DNA from: a bacterium
GTDB taxonomy: Bacteria > Patescibacteriota > Microgenomatia > JAMCZE01
Assembly (NCBI GenBank): GCA_021836035.1
Contig: JAKBJL010000001.1
Coordinates: forward strand, 138,142 to 202,141
Length of the DNA: 64,000 nucleotides
Direction: 5' to 3'
Position numbers and translations under genes: made by a program
Notes under the pieces: generated by a model
The model's input: only the letters and a program-made list of their open reading frames with translations
What the model was told of the DNA's origin: nothing
Databases searched by the model: none
In this document: in pieces, positions 27,435-35,953 of the stretch
Numbering within the stretch: position 1 is the first letter of the stretch
How the letters are laid out: each line of letters starts with the position of its first letter

Positions 27435-28178
27435 CTACCTTCCTCCTAATTTTCTGAATTTTATCACGTATTGTTCCAGTCCGCCAAGACCGGAGATACG
27501 AAACTGTTGATAAATAGCCAATAAACTGCTTACCGACCAATATAAAGCCAGTCCCGCGGGCCATTGTGTCCCCAAGAACAGAAACATCAGGGGGAACATC
27601 CAGATCATGGAAGACTGCGCTTCGGCAAATTCGCCCATGAAATCACTTTTCTCTTGTTTTTCTGCGGGCTTATCTTCTTTTCTAATCTTGGGGGCTGTGG
27701 GCATCATCATTTTGGTCTGGATAAATTGAGTCAGGGCGGCGATGACTACTAAAATTCCGGGTACGGCAATCGGTATGCCGGTAAGATGATAAGCGTCAGG
27801 TTTAGCCATATTCCAAACAAAAAACTCCGTATTTACTTTCATACTCAAAATTCTACTGAGAGCACCTAAAAGACCGAAAAGAATAACTATCTGGACAATA
27901 CTGGGAAGGCAGCCGGCCGCGGGGTTAACTCCGTGTTGTTTAAAAAGATCCATTTGGGCGGTAGCGAATGCCTGCTGGTTGCCTTTATGTTTTTCCTTGA
28001 GGGCATTAATATGCGGCTGCAGCTCAGACATTTTTTTACTGTATTGCACTTGCTGTTTGATAACCGGATAAAAAATAAGGCGGGAAAGAACGGCAATCTC
28101 CACAATAGCAACTCCCAGATTATGAAAACCCACCGTGCTGTAAATGAAGAGAACAATTTGTAAAAAAAACTCCGTCAT
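27435..28178 (-). CDS. yidC: Membrane protein insertase YidC/Oxa1 (short Gram-positive type)
   Basis: 247 aa with 5 TM helices. Conserved gene context yidD-yidC-jag. Confidence 0.8.
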   Translation of the reverse strand: MTEFFLQIVLFIYSTVGFHNLGVAIVEIAVLSRLIFYPVIKQQVQYSKKMSELQPHINALKEKHKGNQQAFATAQMDLFKQHGVNPAAGCLPSIVQIVILFGLLGALSRILSMKVNTEFFVWNMAKPDAYHLTGIPIAVPGILVVIAALTQFIQTKMMMPTAPKIRKEDKPAEKQEKSDFMGEFAEAQSSMIWMFPLMFLFLGTQWPAGLALYWSVSSLLAIYQQFRISGLGGLEQYVIKFRKLGGR

Positions 28179-28191
28179 TAAAATTTAGTAA

Positions 28192-28443
28192 TTATAAATT
28201 AGAAATTCCCGGAACCGGGTCGTTGCCTCCTTTGTTCCAGGGATGGCAGCGGATAATACGTTTTAGGCCCAGCCAAAGCCCCGGAATTGTACCATATTTT
28301 TCTACCGCTAGATAGGTATATTCACTGCAGGTTGGAATGAAACGGCAGGCCTTGTCGGTTAAAAACAATAAACGGAAGACTCCGCCGTCAAAAGAGAGAT
28401 ACTTCTGGTAAAAACGAATTAGGAACAAAACGAGATTCCGCAC
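28192..28443 (-). CDS. yidD: Membrane protein insertion efficiency factor YidD
   Basis: CRFIPTCSEYTYLAVEKYG...RCHPWNKGGNDPVP matches the YidD signature. Confidence 0.8.
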   Translation of the reverse strand: MRNLVLFLIRFYQKYLSFDGGVFRLLFLTDKACRFIPTCSEYTYLAVEKYGTIPGLWLGLKRIIRCHPWNKGGNDPVPGISNL

Positions 28444-28463
28444 TCCTGTATTATAATAGTTTT

Positions 28464-28805
28464 TTAAGAAAGAAGCTGGGCGCGGTGCAAAATCTTTTCC
28501 ACCTCCTGAGTTATCTCGATTCTGGCAGTCGTCGCCGCTTTAGTTTTTGCTAAAAAAACCAGTTCGGTGTTTTGGGGTATCCGGTTAAGAAAAGGGTCTA
28601 CGGCGTCCGCTAGTTTCCTTTTAATCTCATGGCGAACCACGGATTTTTTATCCACCTTTTTACTGACGATAAAGGCAGCTTGGCGGCCTGGGACTTTGCC
28701 GTAAGAAACCAGCAAACCAAAAGAGGGGGAATCATACAATTTCCCGGATTTACGGATGCGCTTAAATTCTCTCCTTAAAGGAATCAGATTTTTACGGGGA
28801 AGCAT
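28464..28805 (-). CDS. rnpA: RNase P protein component
   Basis: 113 aa basic protein. LRREFKRIRKSGKLYDSPSFGLLV...AAFIVSKKVDKKSVVRHEIKRKLA is RnpA-like. Confidence 0.8.
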   Translation of the reverse strand: MLPRKNLIPLRREFKRIRKSGKLYDSPSFGLLVSYGKVPGRQAAFIVSKKVDKKSVVRHEIKRKLADAVDPFLNRIPQNTELVFLAKTKAATTARIEITQEVEKILHRAQLLS

Positions 28806-28870
28806 TTATAACTACTAATGGCAAATAGCCGTTGGCCAACAGCCTTGGGCCGCCTGCCTTAAACTGTTTA

Positions 28871-29008
28871 CTATATGGTTATTCGTTTTCTTCCTTTAAG
28901 CGTTCTCCGATGCATGAGCTTGCGCCCGCTATGTGTAGCGTTGCGCTGAAGAAAGCCGTGTTTTCTCTGTCTTTTTAATTTTTTCGGCTGCCAGACTCTT
29001 TTGGGCAT
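28871..29008 (-). CDS. rpmH: 50S ribosomal protein L34
   Basis: MPKRVWQPKKLKRQRKHGFLQRNATHSGRKLMHRRTLKGRKRITI, 45 aa, too short for the ORF track. Found by manual translation upstream of rnpA. Confidence 0.8.
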   Translation of the reverse strand: MPKRVWQPKKLKRQRKHGFLQRNATHSGRKLMHRRTLKGRKRITI

Positions 29009-29087
29009 AGCCTAATTATATCCGGCCGTTCTCTGCGAGACAATAGTGTCTTTGGCAATTTGTTATAGTTCTGCCCACTTGAAAAAA

Positions 29088-29096
29088 TGTGGATAA
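29088..29096 (-). promoter_or_regulatory. Consensus DnaA box in the dnaA promoter region
   Basis: tgtggataa, the reverse complement of TTATCCACA, lies 19 nt upstream of the dnaA start. Confidence 0.55.
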
Positions 29097-29114
29097 CTTG
29101 TAAGATGCCGTCGT

Positions 29115-30503
29115 ATGAACCCCGGCGATATTTGGAAAACGGTTCTGGCGGAAATTGAAGTAGACCTGGGGAAAAGCACGACCAAAATTAACTTCAGTAA
29201 CAGCCGGCTTTTATCCCTGGAAAAAGGTATTGCCAGGATATCGCTGGCAACCAATTTAGCCCGGGAAACCGTGGAAAAAAGATATTATGTTCTGCTGCAA
29301 AATGCCCTCGAACGACAAAGCAAAGAAAAATTATCGCTTGTTTTTGAAGTAATCAAACCGGAGCTGGCCGCTCCCGCCGGACCACTCTTTGAAACCCTCA
29401 ACTTTCCGGAACAGGTCAATAAACCGGATATCAGCCGGACAGACAGTTTTAATCTGTCCAATACCGAAGAACAATACCGTAAAACCGGTCTCAATCCCAA
29501 GTACAGTTTAAAATCTCTGGTGGTCGGCGCCAGCAACAATTTTGCACACGCCGCGGCTATGACCATCTGTAAAAACCCCGGGAAAGAATATAATCCCTTC
29601 TTTATTTACGGCGGAGTCGGAGTTGGTAAAACCCACCTTATGCAGGCCATCGGCAATGAACTTTTTGTCCGCAACTCTAATCTGCGGATTTTATACATAA
29701 CCGCCGAGCATTTTATGAACGATCTAGTCGCCTCTTTACAACAAAAAACTATGCCTGCTTTCAAGAAACGCTATCGGGAAGTCGATGTTTTATTAGTGGA
29801 CGATATCCAGTTTATTTCCAAAAAAGAAGCTATGCAGGATGAGTTTTTCTATACTTTTAATTCCTTATTTATGGGCGAGAAGCAGATTATTCTTACCTCC
29901 GATCGGCCGCCGCAAGAAATCCAGGTCGAGGACCGGCTTCTTTCGCGCCTGATGGGCGGTTTAGCCGCAGATATTCAAACTCCTGATCTGGAAATGCGCA
30001 TCGCTATTATTAAACAAAAATTATCCGCCCGGCGAGAAAACTGGGATGAGGCTTCGATAGAATACCTGGCTACCCGTTTGGAAAACAACATCCGGGAAAT
30101 TGAAGGTGCTATGCAAAAAATTATGGCCGTCTCCCAGTCCGCAAACACGCCGGTAAATTTGGATTTGGTTAAAAAAGCCCTGGGAGTAGCCAACGGCCTC
30201 GATAAGCCCCCGGTTCCGGCTTCGCCGCAAAAAATTATCTCCGCGGTTTCCAAAGTCTTCGGGATTAAACAGGGAGATATTCTTTCCGATAAGCGCGATG
30301 CGGAATTTGTTTTACCCAGGCAGGTAATCATGTTCCTTTTACGGACGGATTGCCGGATTAAACTGGAAGAGGTTGCCCGGATTATGAAACGCAAAGACCA
30401 TACGACGGTTATCCACGCCGTGGGGAAAATTGAGAAACAGTTTGCGGATAATCAACAGCTAAGGCAACAGATTTTGTTGATAAAACGGGAAGTTTGGGGA
30501 TAA
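29115..30503 (+). CDS. dnaA: Chromosomal replication initiator DnaA
   Basis: AAA+ Walker A GGVGVGKTHL, Walker B LLVDDIQF, and a C-terminal DNA-binding domain (TDCRIKLEEVARIMKRKDHTTVIHAV). Confidence 0.9.
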   Translation: MNPGDIWKTVLAEIEVDLGKSTTKINFSNSRLLSLEKGIARISLATNLARETVEKRYYVLLQNALERQSKEKLSLVFEVIKPELAAPAGPLFETLNFPEQVNKPDISRTDSFNLSNTEEQYRKTGLNPKYSLKSLVVGASNNFAHAAAMTICKNPGKEYNPFFIYGGVGVGKTHLMQAIGNELFVRNSNLRILYITAEHFMNDLVASLQQKTMPAFKKRYREVDVLLVDDIQFISKKEAMQDEFFYTFNSLFMGEKQIILTSDRPPQEIQVEDRLLSRLMGGLAADIQTPDLEMRIAIIKQKLSARRENWDEASIEYLATRLENNIREIEGAMQKIMAVSQSANTPVNLDLVKKALGVANGLDKPPVPASPQKIISAVSKVFGIKQGDILSDKRDAEFVLPRQVIMFLLRTDCRIKLEEVARIMKRKDHTTVIHAVGKIEKQFADNQQLRQQILLIKREVWG

Positions 30504-30761
30504 CTTACCCAAACTGTCCACAAACTGCCGGGAATTATCCACAAAGATATCAACAAGAAAAGTTCAATTATCAACAGAGATAATCTTAAGCTTAAAGCTA
30601 ATAGTTAATGGCTAATAGGTTAATAGATGACAAGAACAAAATAAAATGCATTTATCAACATTATAAATCAGACTGGCCAGGCTGGGCTGCCCACAAATAC
30701 ACAAAGACTACTAACAAACAAATACTAATTGTAAATAGGAAAGGGGGCGGCTAAGATTACA
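30504..30761 (+). promoter_or_regulatory. Candidate oriC: a DnaA-box cluster plus an AT-rich unwinding region in the dnaA-dnaN spacer
   Basis: Perfect TTATCCACA at 30537-30545. Box variants TGTCCACAA (30516-30524), TTATCAACA (30569-30577 and 30652-30660) and ATATCAACA. An AT-rich tract at 30585-30670. Confidence 0.6.
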
Positions 30762-31901
30762 ATGATGAAACTAGAAATATTACAGGAAAATTTGCTGAAG
30801 GGTCTCTCTATGGTAGGACGGGTGATCACTTCCAAGCCGCAAATGCCCGTACTGGCAAACATTCTATTGGAAACCGATAACGGCAGATTAAAACTCAGCG
30901 CTACGGATTTGGAAATCAGCATTACCACCTTAATCGGAGTCAAAATTCTTAAAGAAGGCAAATATACCATTCCGGCTAAAACTTTCGCGGAACTGGTCGG
31001 TAGCCTGCCTCCCGGGAAAGTGGAGATGGAATTAGAAGAAGGCCAGTTGGCGATAACCGCCGGCCGGTTTAAAGCCAAAGTTAACGGTGTACCGGCGCAG
31101 GAGTGGCCACTAAAGGCGATGGAAGGTAAAAAAACCGCAGGTTGGAAATTGGAAATCGCCGCGGAGGAATTCATTGTCGGTGTTGCCTGTACTTCCTTTG
31201 CTGCCGCCGCAGACGAGGGTCGGCCTGTACTTACCGGAATCTTATTTAAATTAACCGATTCCGGTTTAACCATGGTGGCTACTGACGGTTTTCGCTTATC
31301 GGTAAAAAAACTGGCAGCCGTAAAGGCGGAAGGAAAAGGGGAAGAAACAAGATCCTTTATTATTCCAGTGAAAGCGCTACAGGAGGTTGCCCGCATTTTG
31401 AGCGAGAATAAAGAATTAAAGATATTAAAAATCAATCTTACGGAAAACAGCGCGGATTTTGATTTGGGAGATACCCAGCTTTCTGCCCGTTTAATTGAGG
31501 GGCTTTATCCTGCATATGAAAAGATTATTCCCGGCGCTCCGGTGATTAAAGCCCGGGTCGGACGGGAAGAATTAGCTTCCGGGATCCGGACAGCCGGGGT
31601 TTTTGCCCGCGACAGCGCTAATATCGTCAAATTTGTTTTAAACAAATCTCAATTTTTAGTCAAAGCGGTAGCCGCTCAAGTAGGAGAGAATGAAAGCGAA
31701 ATTGACGCTAAAATCGAAGGGATAGAAGAGGAATTGGCAATTGCTTTTAATTTCCACTATCTATTGGATCTTTTAAATTGTGCCGGGAAAAGCGAAGAAC
31801 TGACTTTGGGTTTTTCCGGTCCTCTGGCCGCCGGGATGTTTAAAATCTCCGACGATCAGAGCTTCCTGCATATTATTATGCCTGTTCGGGTGCAGAGCTA
31901 G
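30762..31901 (+). CDS. dnaN: DNA polymerase III beta sliding clamp
   Basis: MKLEILQENLLKGLSMVGRVI...LANILLE...LKLSATDLE, a three-domain 379-aa protein. Lies next to dnaA. Confidence 0.85.
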   Translation: MMKLEILQENLLKGLSMVGRVITSKPQMPVLANILLETDNGRLKLSATDLEISITTLIGVKILKEGKYTIPAKTFAELVGSLPPGKVEMELEEGQLAITAGRFKAKVNGVPAQEWPLKAMEGKKTAGWKLEIAAEEFIVGVACTSFAAAADEGRPVLTGILFKLTDSGLTMVATDGFRLSVKKLAAVKAEGKGEETRSFIIPVKALQEVARILSENKELKILKINLTENSADFDLGDTQLSARLIEGLYPAYEKIIPGAPVIKARVGREELASGIRTAGVFARDSANIVKFVLNKSQFLVKAVAAQVGENESEIDAKIEGIEEELAIAFNFHYLLDLLNCAGKSEELTLGFSGPLAAGMFKISDDQSFLHIIMPVRVQS

Positions 31902-33729
31902 CCTCTTTTTCCCTTTGTTTTTTAGCGGCGATGAGCTCCTCGGGCTTACTGGTGATGAGTTCGTGTTCTTCGGGGGAGGCGACCACCTGTATGGCGACAT
32001 GCGAGGAGCCGGCAAAGAAAAGGCCTTGGCCGACATTGGCTGAAAGCAGAAGGCTTTTTTCTCCCTCGGAAAGATAAAATATCTGCGCCACTTTATCAAT
32101 CGCCGCCGGTGACTGTTTCATCAGCATTTGAATACTGCTGTTGGTAACAATGGTTTTACCCAGGTCGGTGGCGAGGAAATCTTCGATGTCCTGGGTAATC
32201 GTCGTTAGCCCCAGGTAATATTTGCGGGCGCGTTTAGCAAAACCCCATAAAAATTCGGCGCTGTTCTGGTTTTTCATTAAATACCAGCCTTCATCGACGA
32301 TTAAAATCCGCCTTTTCATTTTCCTTTTTATCTGGCTCCAGACATAATCCATAATGATAAAAATTGCCAAGCTGCGCATTTGATCCTCCAGGTTTTTAAA
32401 GGAGAATACGGTAAAAGAATTATTGAGATTCACGGTCGAGCGCTGGTTAAAGACGCCGCCGAAACTGCCTTTGACAAATTTTTCCAGGCGCAAAGCCAGA
32501 TTTTGGGCTATTTGCGTTTCCATCCCGATCAGTGTCCGATAAAGGTCTTCGAGAAGCGGCGGTTCGTTTCTGTGGGTAGCCGGATCATAGGTGATCCCTT
32601 TTTGTTTATAAGTCAGCTCCAGGGCGTTGTGCAAAATAGCATCTTCTTCGGCGGATTTTGTTTCGACCATAATTTTAAGAAGCCGCGCCAGGGTAAAACC
32701 GATTTTTAGCTGCAGTTCGTTCTCTGCTTCTTCACCGGAGCCGGATAAATCGAAAGGGTTGATATGGGTATCGCTGCCGAAAGCAAAGGAAATATAATCG
32801 CCGCCCACAGAATCGGACAGGCTTTTATATTCCTCTTCCGGATCGACAATAATCACATCCGTACCGAACATCAGAGAACGCAAAGCTTCTAATTTGACTA
32901 AAAAACTTTTTCCGCTGCCGCTTTTTCCTAAAACTACTTCATTGGCGTTTTCTAAAGAAAAACGGTCAAAGATAATCAGCGATCCGTTATGTTCGTTGAG
33001 GCCGTATAAAATTCCAGAATTAGCGGTTAGTTCCGAAGAGGTAAAAGGAAAGGTGGTAGCGAGCGACGTGGTATCCATATTGCGGGTGATCATCAGTTTG
33101 TCCAGACAAGTAGGAGAAGTAGTTTTAAAACCGTCCTCCATCTGGAGGGTCGCCGGCTTGCTGATAATCAAAAGCGCTCCTAGGGTGGAGGAGACCTCTT
33201 TAGTTAACTGGTTTAACTGTTCGATGCTGTCGCTGCTGATAGTGACATAAAGCCCGAATTGGTAAAACTTTTCCGCACCTTTGGCCAGTTGTTCCTGAAG
33301 ATTTAACGCGTCATCAAGAGCTACCTGGACATTGGGGTCAATTACTTTGCCGCGCTTGATATCGCTTTCAATGGTTGCTTCCATTTCTGCAATTTTCCGT
33401 TTCATATCGGAGAGGATCTCCTTGGACTCAACGGGATAAATAAAGATGGAAACGTCCAGACTGCTGTTGAAATTAATAAGCGGCGCCAGCCAATTGGCGC
33501 TGACAAACCGCGGGTAGCCGGCGACAAAAAGGGTGCGGTAAAATTTTTCCCCGATTTTTAAATAATCAAAATCAACTTCGATGGCGGCCGGGGCGATGAT
33601 ATCCTGGACGGTAACCATCCCGGCAGCCAGGGATTTGTCAGGGCCTTCCGGTACGCTTTCGGGCTGGAAGCGCTTTACCAGAGGGATGTTAATTTTGGGC
33701 AGTTTAACCATAAGAGAATCTTTAATCAT
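31876..33729 (-). CDS. VirB4/TrbE/CagE-family T4SS ATPase (C-terminal two thirds)
   Basis: CagE/TrbE/VirB4 signature IIAPAAIEVDFDYLKIGEKFYRTLFVAGYPRFV. Walker A GKSGSGKS. Walker B RRILIVDEGW. RKYYLGLTTITQ. Confidence 0.75.
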   Translation of the reverse strand: MIKDSLMVKLPKINIPLVKRFQPESVPEGPDKSLAAGMVTVQDIIAPAAIEVDFDYLKIGEKFYRTLFVAGYPRFVSANWLAPLINFNSSLDVSIFIYPVESKEILSDMKRKIAEMEATIESDIKRGKVIDPNVQVALDDALNLQEQLAKGAEKFYQFGLYVTISSDSIEQLNQLTKEVSSTLGALLIISKPATLQMEDGFKTTSPTCLDKLMITRNMDTTSLATTFPFTSSELTANSGILYGLNEHNGSLIIFDRFSLENANEVVLGKSGSGKSFLVKLEALRSLMFGTDVIIVDPEEEYKSLSDSVGGDYISFAFGSDTHINPFDLSGSGEEAENELQLKIGFTLARLLKIMVETKSAEEDAILHNALELTYKQKGITYDPATHRNEPPLLEDLYRTLIGMETQIAQNLALRLEKFVKGSFGGVFNQRSTVNLNNSFTVFSFKNLEDQMRSLAIFIIMDYVWSQIKRKMKRRILIVDEGWYLMKNQNSAEFLWGFAKRARKYYLGLTTITQDIEDFLATDLGKTIVTNSSIQMLMKQSPAAIDKVAQIFYLSEGEKSLLLSANVGQGLFFAGSSHVAIQVVASPEEHELITSKPEELIAAKKQREKEASSAPEQA

Positions 33730-33759
33730 TATTATATATGAAGAAGGGAACCTTGAGAA

Positions 33760-34437
33760 TTACTGGGTTGAGATTGCCGGAGAAGTGTAAGGGACGCTGC
33801 CGACCAGCTCTGTTCCTTCGGCGCCGGGATTATAAATAGTGTAAAAAAGCTCGATCAATTCCTGGGTGTTAAGCTGCCGGGCGCGCAGTCCCAGGCGCCC
33901 GAGCTGTCGGTAGATATGTTCTGCCTTAGGGGCTAAAGCGACCTTGGCCTTTTCGATGATCGTTTCTACCGGCAAAGGCAAGCCGGTTTGTTTAATCAAA
34001 AGCTTTGCCGAGCTGGAAACCCCCAATTCCAGGGAGCTGAAAGGGATGCAAATGTAGAATTTTTTGTCCAGGACGTTGTTTTCTTTGACTGTTTTGACGA
34101 TAAAATCACGGTATTTGGCAATCTGGTTTTTAAGAAGGGCGTTCTGTTGTTCATCCTCTGCTTTCTGAAGCTGGGATACGTAGGAGGAAATATCTTTACG
34201 TTTACTCCTGATGACGATCTGAATGGGGAAAGTGAGTGAATTTAAAAGGCCGGCATAAGCGTAAATAATTGCGTCCTGTTCCATTTCGGACAAAAGGCCG
34301 AAGTTGACGGCGGTAGTCTGGATGGTCAGGGTAACGGAACCGTCTTTAAGAATGATTAAATTATCCCGGATATCATAGATTTCCAGGTGTTCCTGAGTAG
34401 CCCCGCGGATAGCAACTTTACTAAGGTCGACGGGCAT
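33760..34437 (-). CDS. VirB4 N-terminal-domain-like protein, encoded separately 30 nt upstream of the ATPase ORF
   Basis: Soluble 225 aa protein (DIRDNLIILKDGSVTLTIQTTAVNFGLLSEMEQDAIIYAYAGLL), resembling VirB4/TraC N-terminal regions. The gap to the next ORF contains a stop codon and a possible AAGG ribosome-binding site. Confidence 0.45.
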   Translation of the reverse strand: MPVDLSKVAIRGATQEHLEIYDIRDNLIILKDGSVTLTIQTTAVNFGLLSEMEQDAIIYAYAGLLNSLTFPIQIVIRSKRKDISSYVSQLQKAEDEQQNALLKNQIAKYRDFIVKTVKENNVLDKKFYICIPFSSLELGVSSSAKLLIKQTGLPLPVETIIEKAKVALAPKAEHIYRQLGRLGLRARQLNTQELIELFYTIYNPGAEGTELVGSVPYTSPAISTQ

Positions 34438-34476
34438 TGGTAACAGTATGCCATAAGTTTATGCTATCATCAAGCC

Positions 34477-35205
34477 GTGTTGGGACTTTTCTTTGCCCTG
34501 CTAACTTTTATTTCCACCTTAAGCGGCGGTTGGGCGGCCATCCGTTTTCGCGACCGGCTCCATTTGGTTTTGGGTTTTGCTTCCGGGGCAGTAATAGCCA
34601 CGGCCCTATTTGAAATTCTGCCGGAGGTTATTAGCGAAGCGCAAAAAATGCTCCTGCCCCTCAATAATCTCCTGTTTTTCAGCGCTGTCGGTTTTTTATT
34701 TTTCCATTCTTTAGAGAGAATTATTGTCTTTCGCTCGGGAAATCATTCGGAGGAAGGCGGTAACCGCCACGTCGGTACTTTATCGGCAACCGGTTTTTCC
34801 GTACATTCTTTTTTTGACGGGCTGGGCATCGGTTTAGGCTTTTTAACCAGCATTCAGTTGGGATTGGTTATTTCCCTGGCGGTTCTGGCTCACGATTTTT
34901 CCGACGGCCTCAATACAGCTACGGTGATATTAAAAAATCAGGGGAAAAAGTCCCAGGCTTGGCGTTGGCTTTTAATTGATGCGCTGGCCCCGCTTTTGGG
35001 GCTGGCGGTGTCTTTTTATTTCAACGGTCTTACCGCGATCCTGCCGTACATTTTGGCATTCTACTTCGGCTTTTTTCTTTATCTGGGCGCGGCTGATCTT
35101 TTACCCGAAGCCCACCATCGTCATAGCTCTTATCTGACACTGTTTACTACCGTTTTGGGATTTGCCGCGGTTTTTATTATCTCCGCCCTGCTCCGCGGTT
35201 TATAA
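34477..35205 (+). CDS. ZIP-family divalent metal transporter (ZupT-like)
   Basis: Eight TM helices and a histidine-rich loop. AVLAHDFSDGLNTA resembles the ZIP signature helix. Confidence 0.65.
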   Translation: MLGLFFALLTFISTLSGGWAAIRFRDRLHLVLGFASGAVIATALFEILPEVISEAQKMLLPLNNLLFFSAVGFLFFHSLERIIVFRSGNHSEEGGNRHVGTLSATGFSVHSFFDGLGIGLGFLTSIQLGLVISLAVLAHDFSDGLNTATVILKNQGKKSQAWRWLLIDALAPLLGLAVSFYFNGLTAILPYILAFYFGFFLYLGAADLLPEAHHRHSSYLTLFTTVLGFAAVFIISALLRGL

Positions 35206-35229
35206 TAAGGGTTGTCGGAGGCGAGAAAG

Positions 35230-35385
35230 ATGACGGGTTATGGCCGCACCTACGGAATGATGAGCGGATTCGGCGGACCCGTATCTTATTGGGAATTTCT
35301 TTTAGAAACGATTACCTGGCTTTTGGTGATTGCCGCGCTAACCGCTTGCGTTCGCTATTTCTGGAAAAAGGGCAATGGAAAATAA
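35230..35385 (+). CDS. Small (51 aa) Gly-rich membrane protein; its 3' end overlaps the mpg start
   Basis: MTGYGRTYGMMSGFGGPVSYWEFLLETITWLLVIAALTACVRYFWKKGNGK. The ORF is too short for the track. Confidence 0.3.
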   Translation: MTGYGRTYGMMSGFGGPVSYWEFLLETITWLLVIAALTACVRYFWKKGNGK

Positions 35386-35938
35386 TGCTCCATTACCGCG
35401 CCGTTTCTTCGCCCGGTCGGCGGAAATCGTGGCCCGGGAACTTTTAGGAAATTATTTAATCCGTGAGGAAGAGGGGAAATGCCTGATTGTCAAAATTGTA
35501 GAAACGGAAGGATATTTAGGTCCGCAGGACTTAGCCGCGCATAGCCGCTTCGGAGAAACGCAAAGAAACCGGGTGATGTTTGGCCCGCCGGGATTTGCTT
35601 ACGTTTATTTAATTTACGGCATGTACTATTGCCTTAATGTAGTTACGGAAAAAGAGGGAATAGGGGCAGCGGTATTGCTAAGGGCTGCGGAGCCGGTAAA
35701 AAACGTGGCCGAAAAAACATCCGGCCCCGGCTTGCTCTGTAAAGCATTACATATTAATAAATCTTTATACGGGACGGATATGGCGAAATTCGGGCCTTTG
35801 TATTTTGTTTTGGGGAAGAACGTCCCCGAAGAACAAATTGCCGCGGCTCCGCGTGTCGGAGCGGCTTATGCCGGGATCTGGGCGGAGGAAAAATTGCGCT
35901 TTTACCTTAAAAACAATCCTTTTGTGTCGAGAAGATAG
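35375..35938 (+). CDS. mpg: DNA-3-methyladenine glycosylase (MPG/AAG family)
   Basis: PRRFFARSAEIVARELLG...GRIVETEAY-type N-terminus. MFGPPGFAYVYLIYGMYYCLNVV core. Confidence 0.8.
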   Translation: MENNAPLPRRFFARSAEIVARELLGNYLIREEEGKCLIVKIVETEGYLGPQDLAAHSRFGETQRNRVMFGPPGFAYVYLIYGMYYCLNVVTEKEGIGAAVLLRAAEPVKNVAEKTSGPGLLCKALHINKSLYGTDMAKFGPLYFVLGKNVPEEQIAAAPRVGAAYAGIWAEEKLRFYLKNNPFVSRR

Positions 35939-35953
35939 GAATCGGTAAAATTG

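Noticed and set aside
33988-34239. Plus-strand 83-aa ORF inside the VirB4 N-terminal gene
   Set aside because: Antisense overlap with no supporting features.
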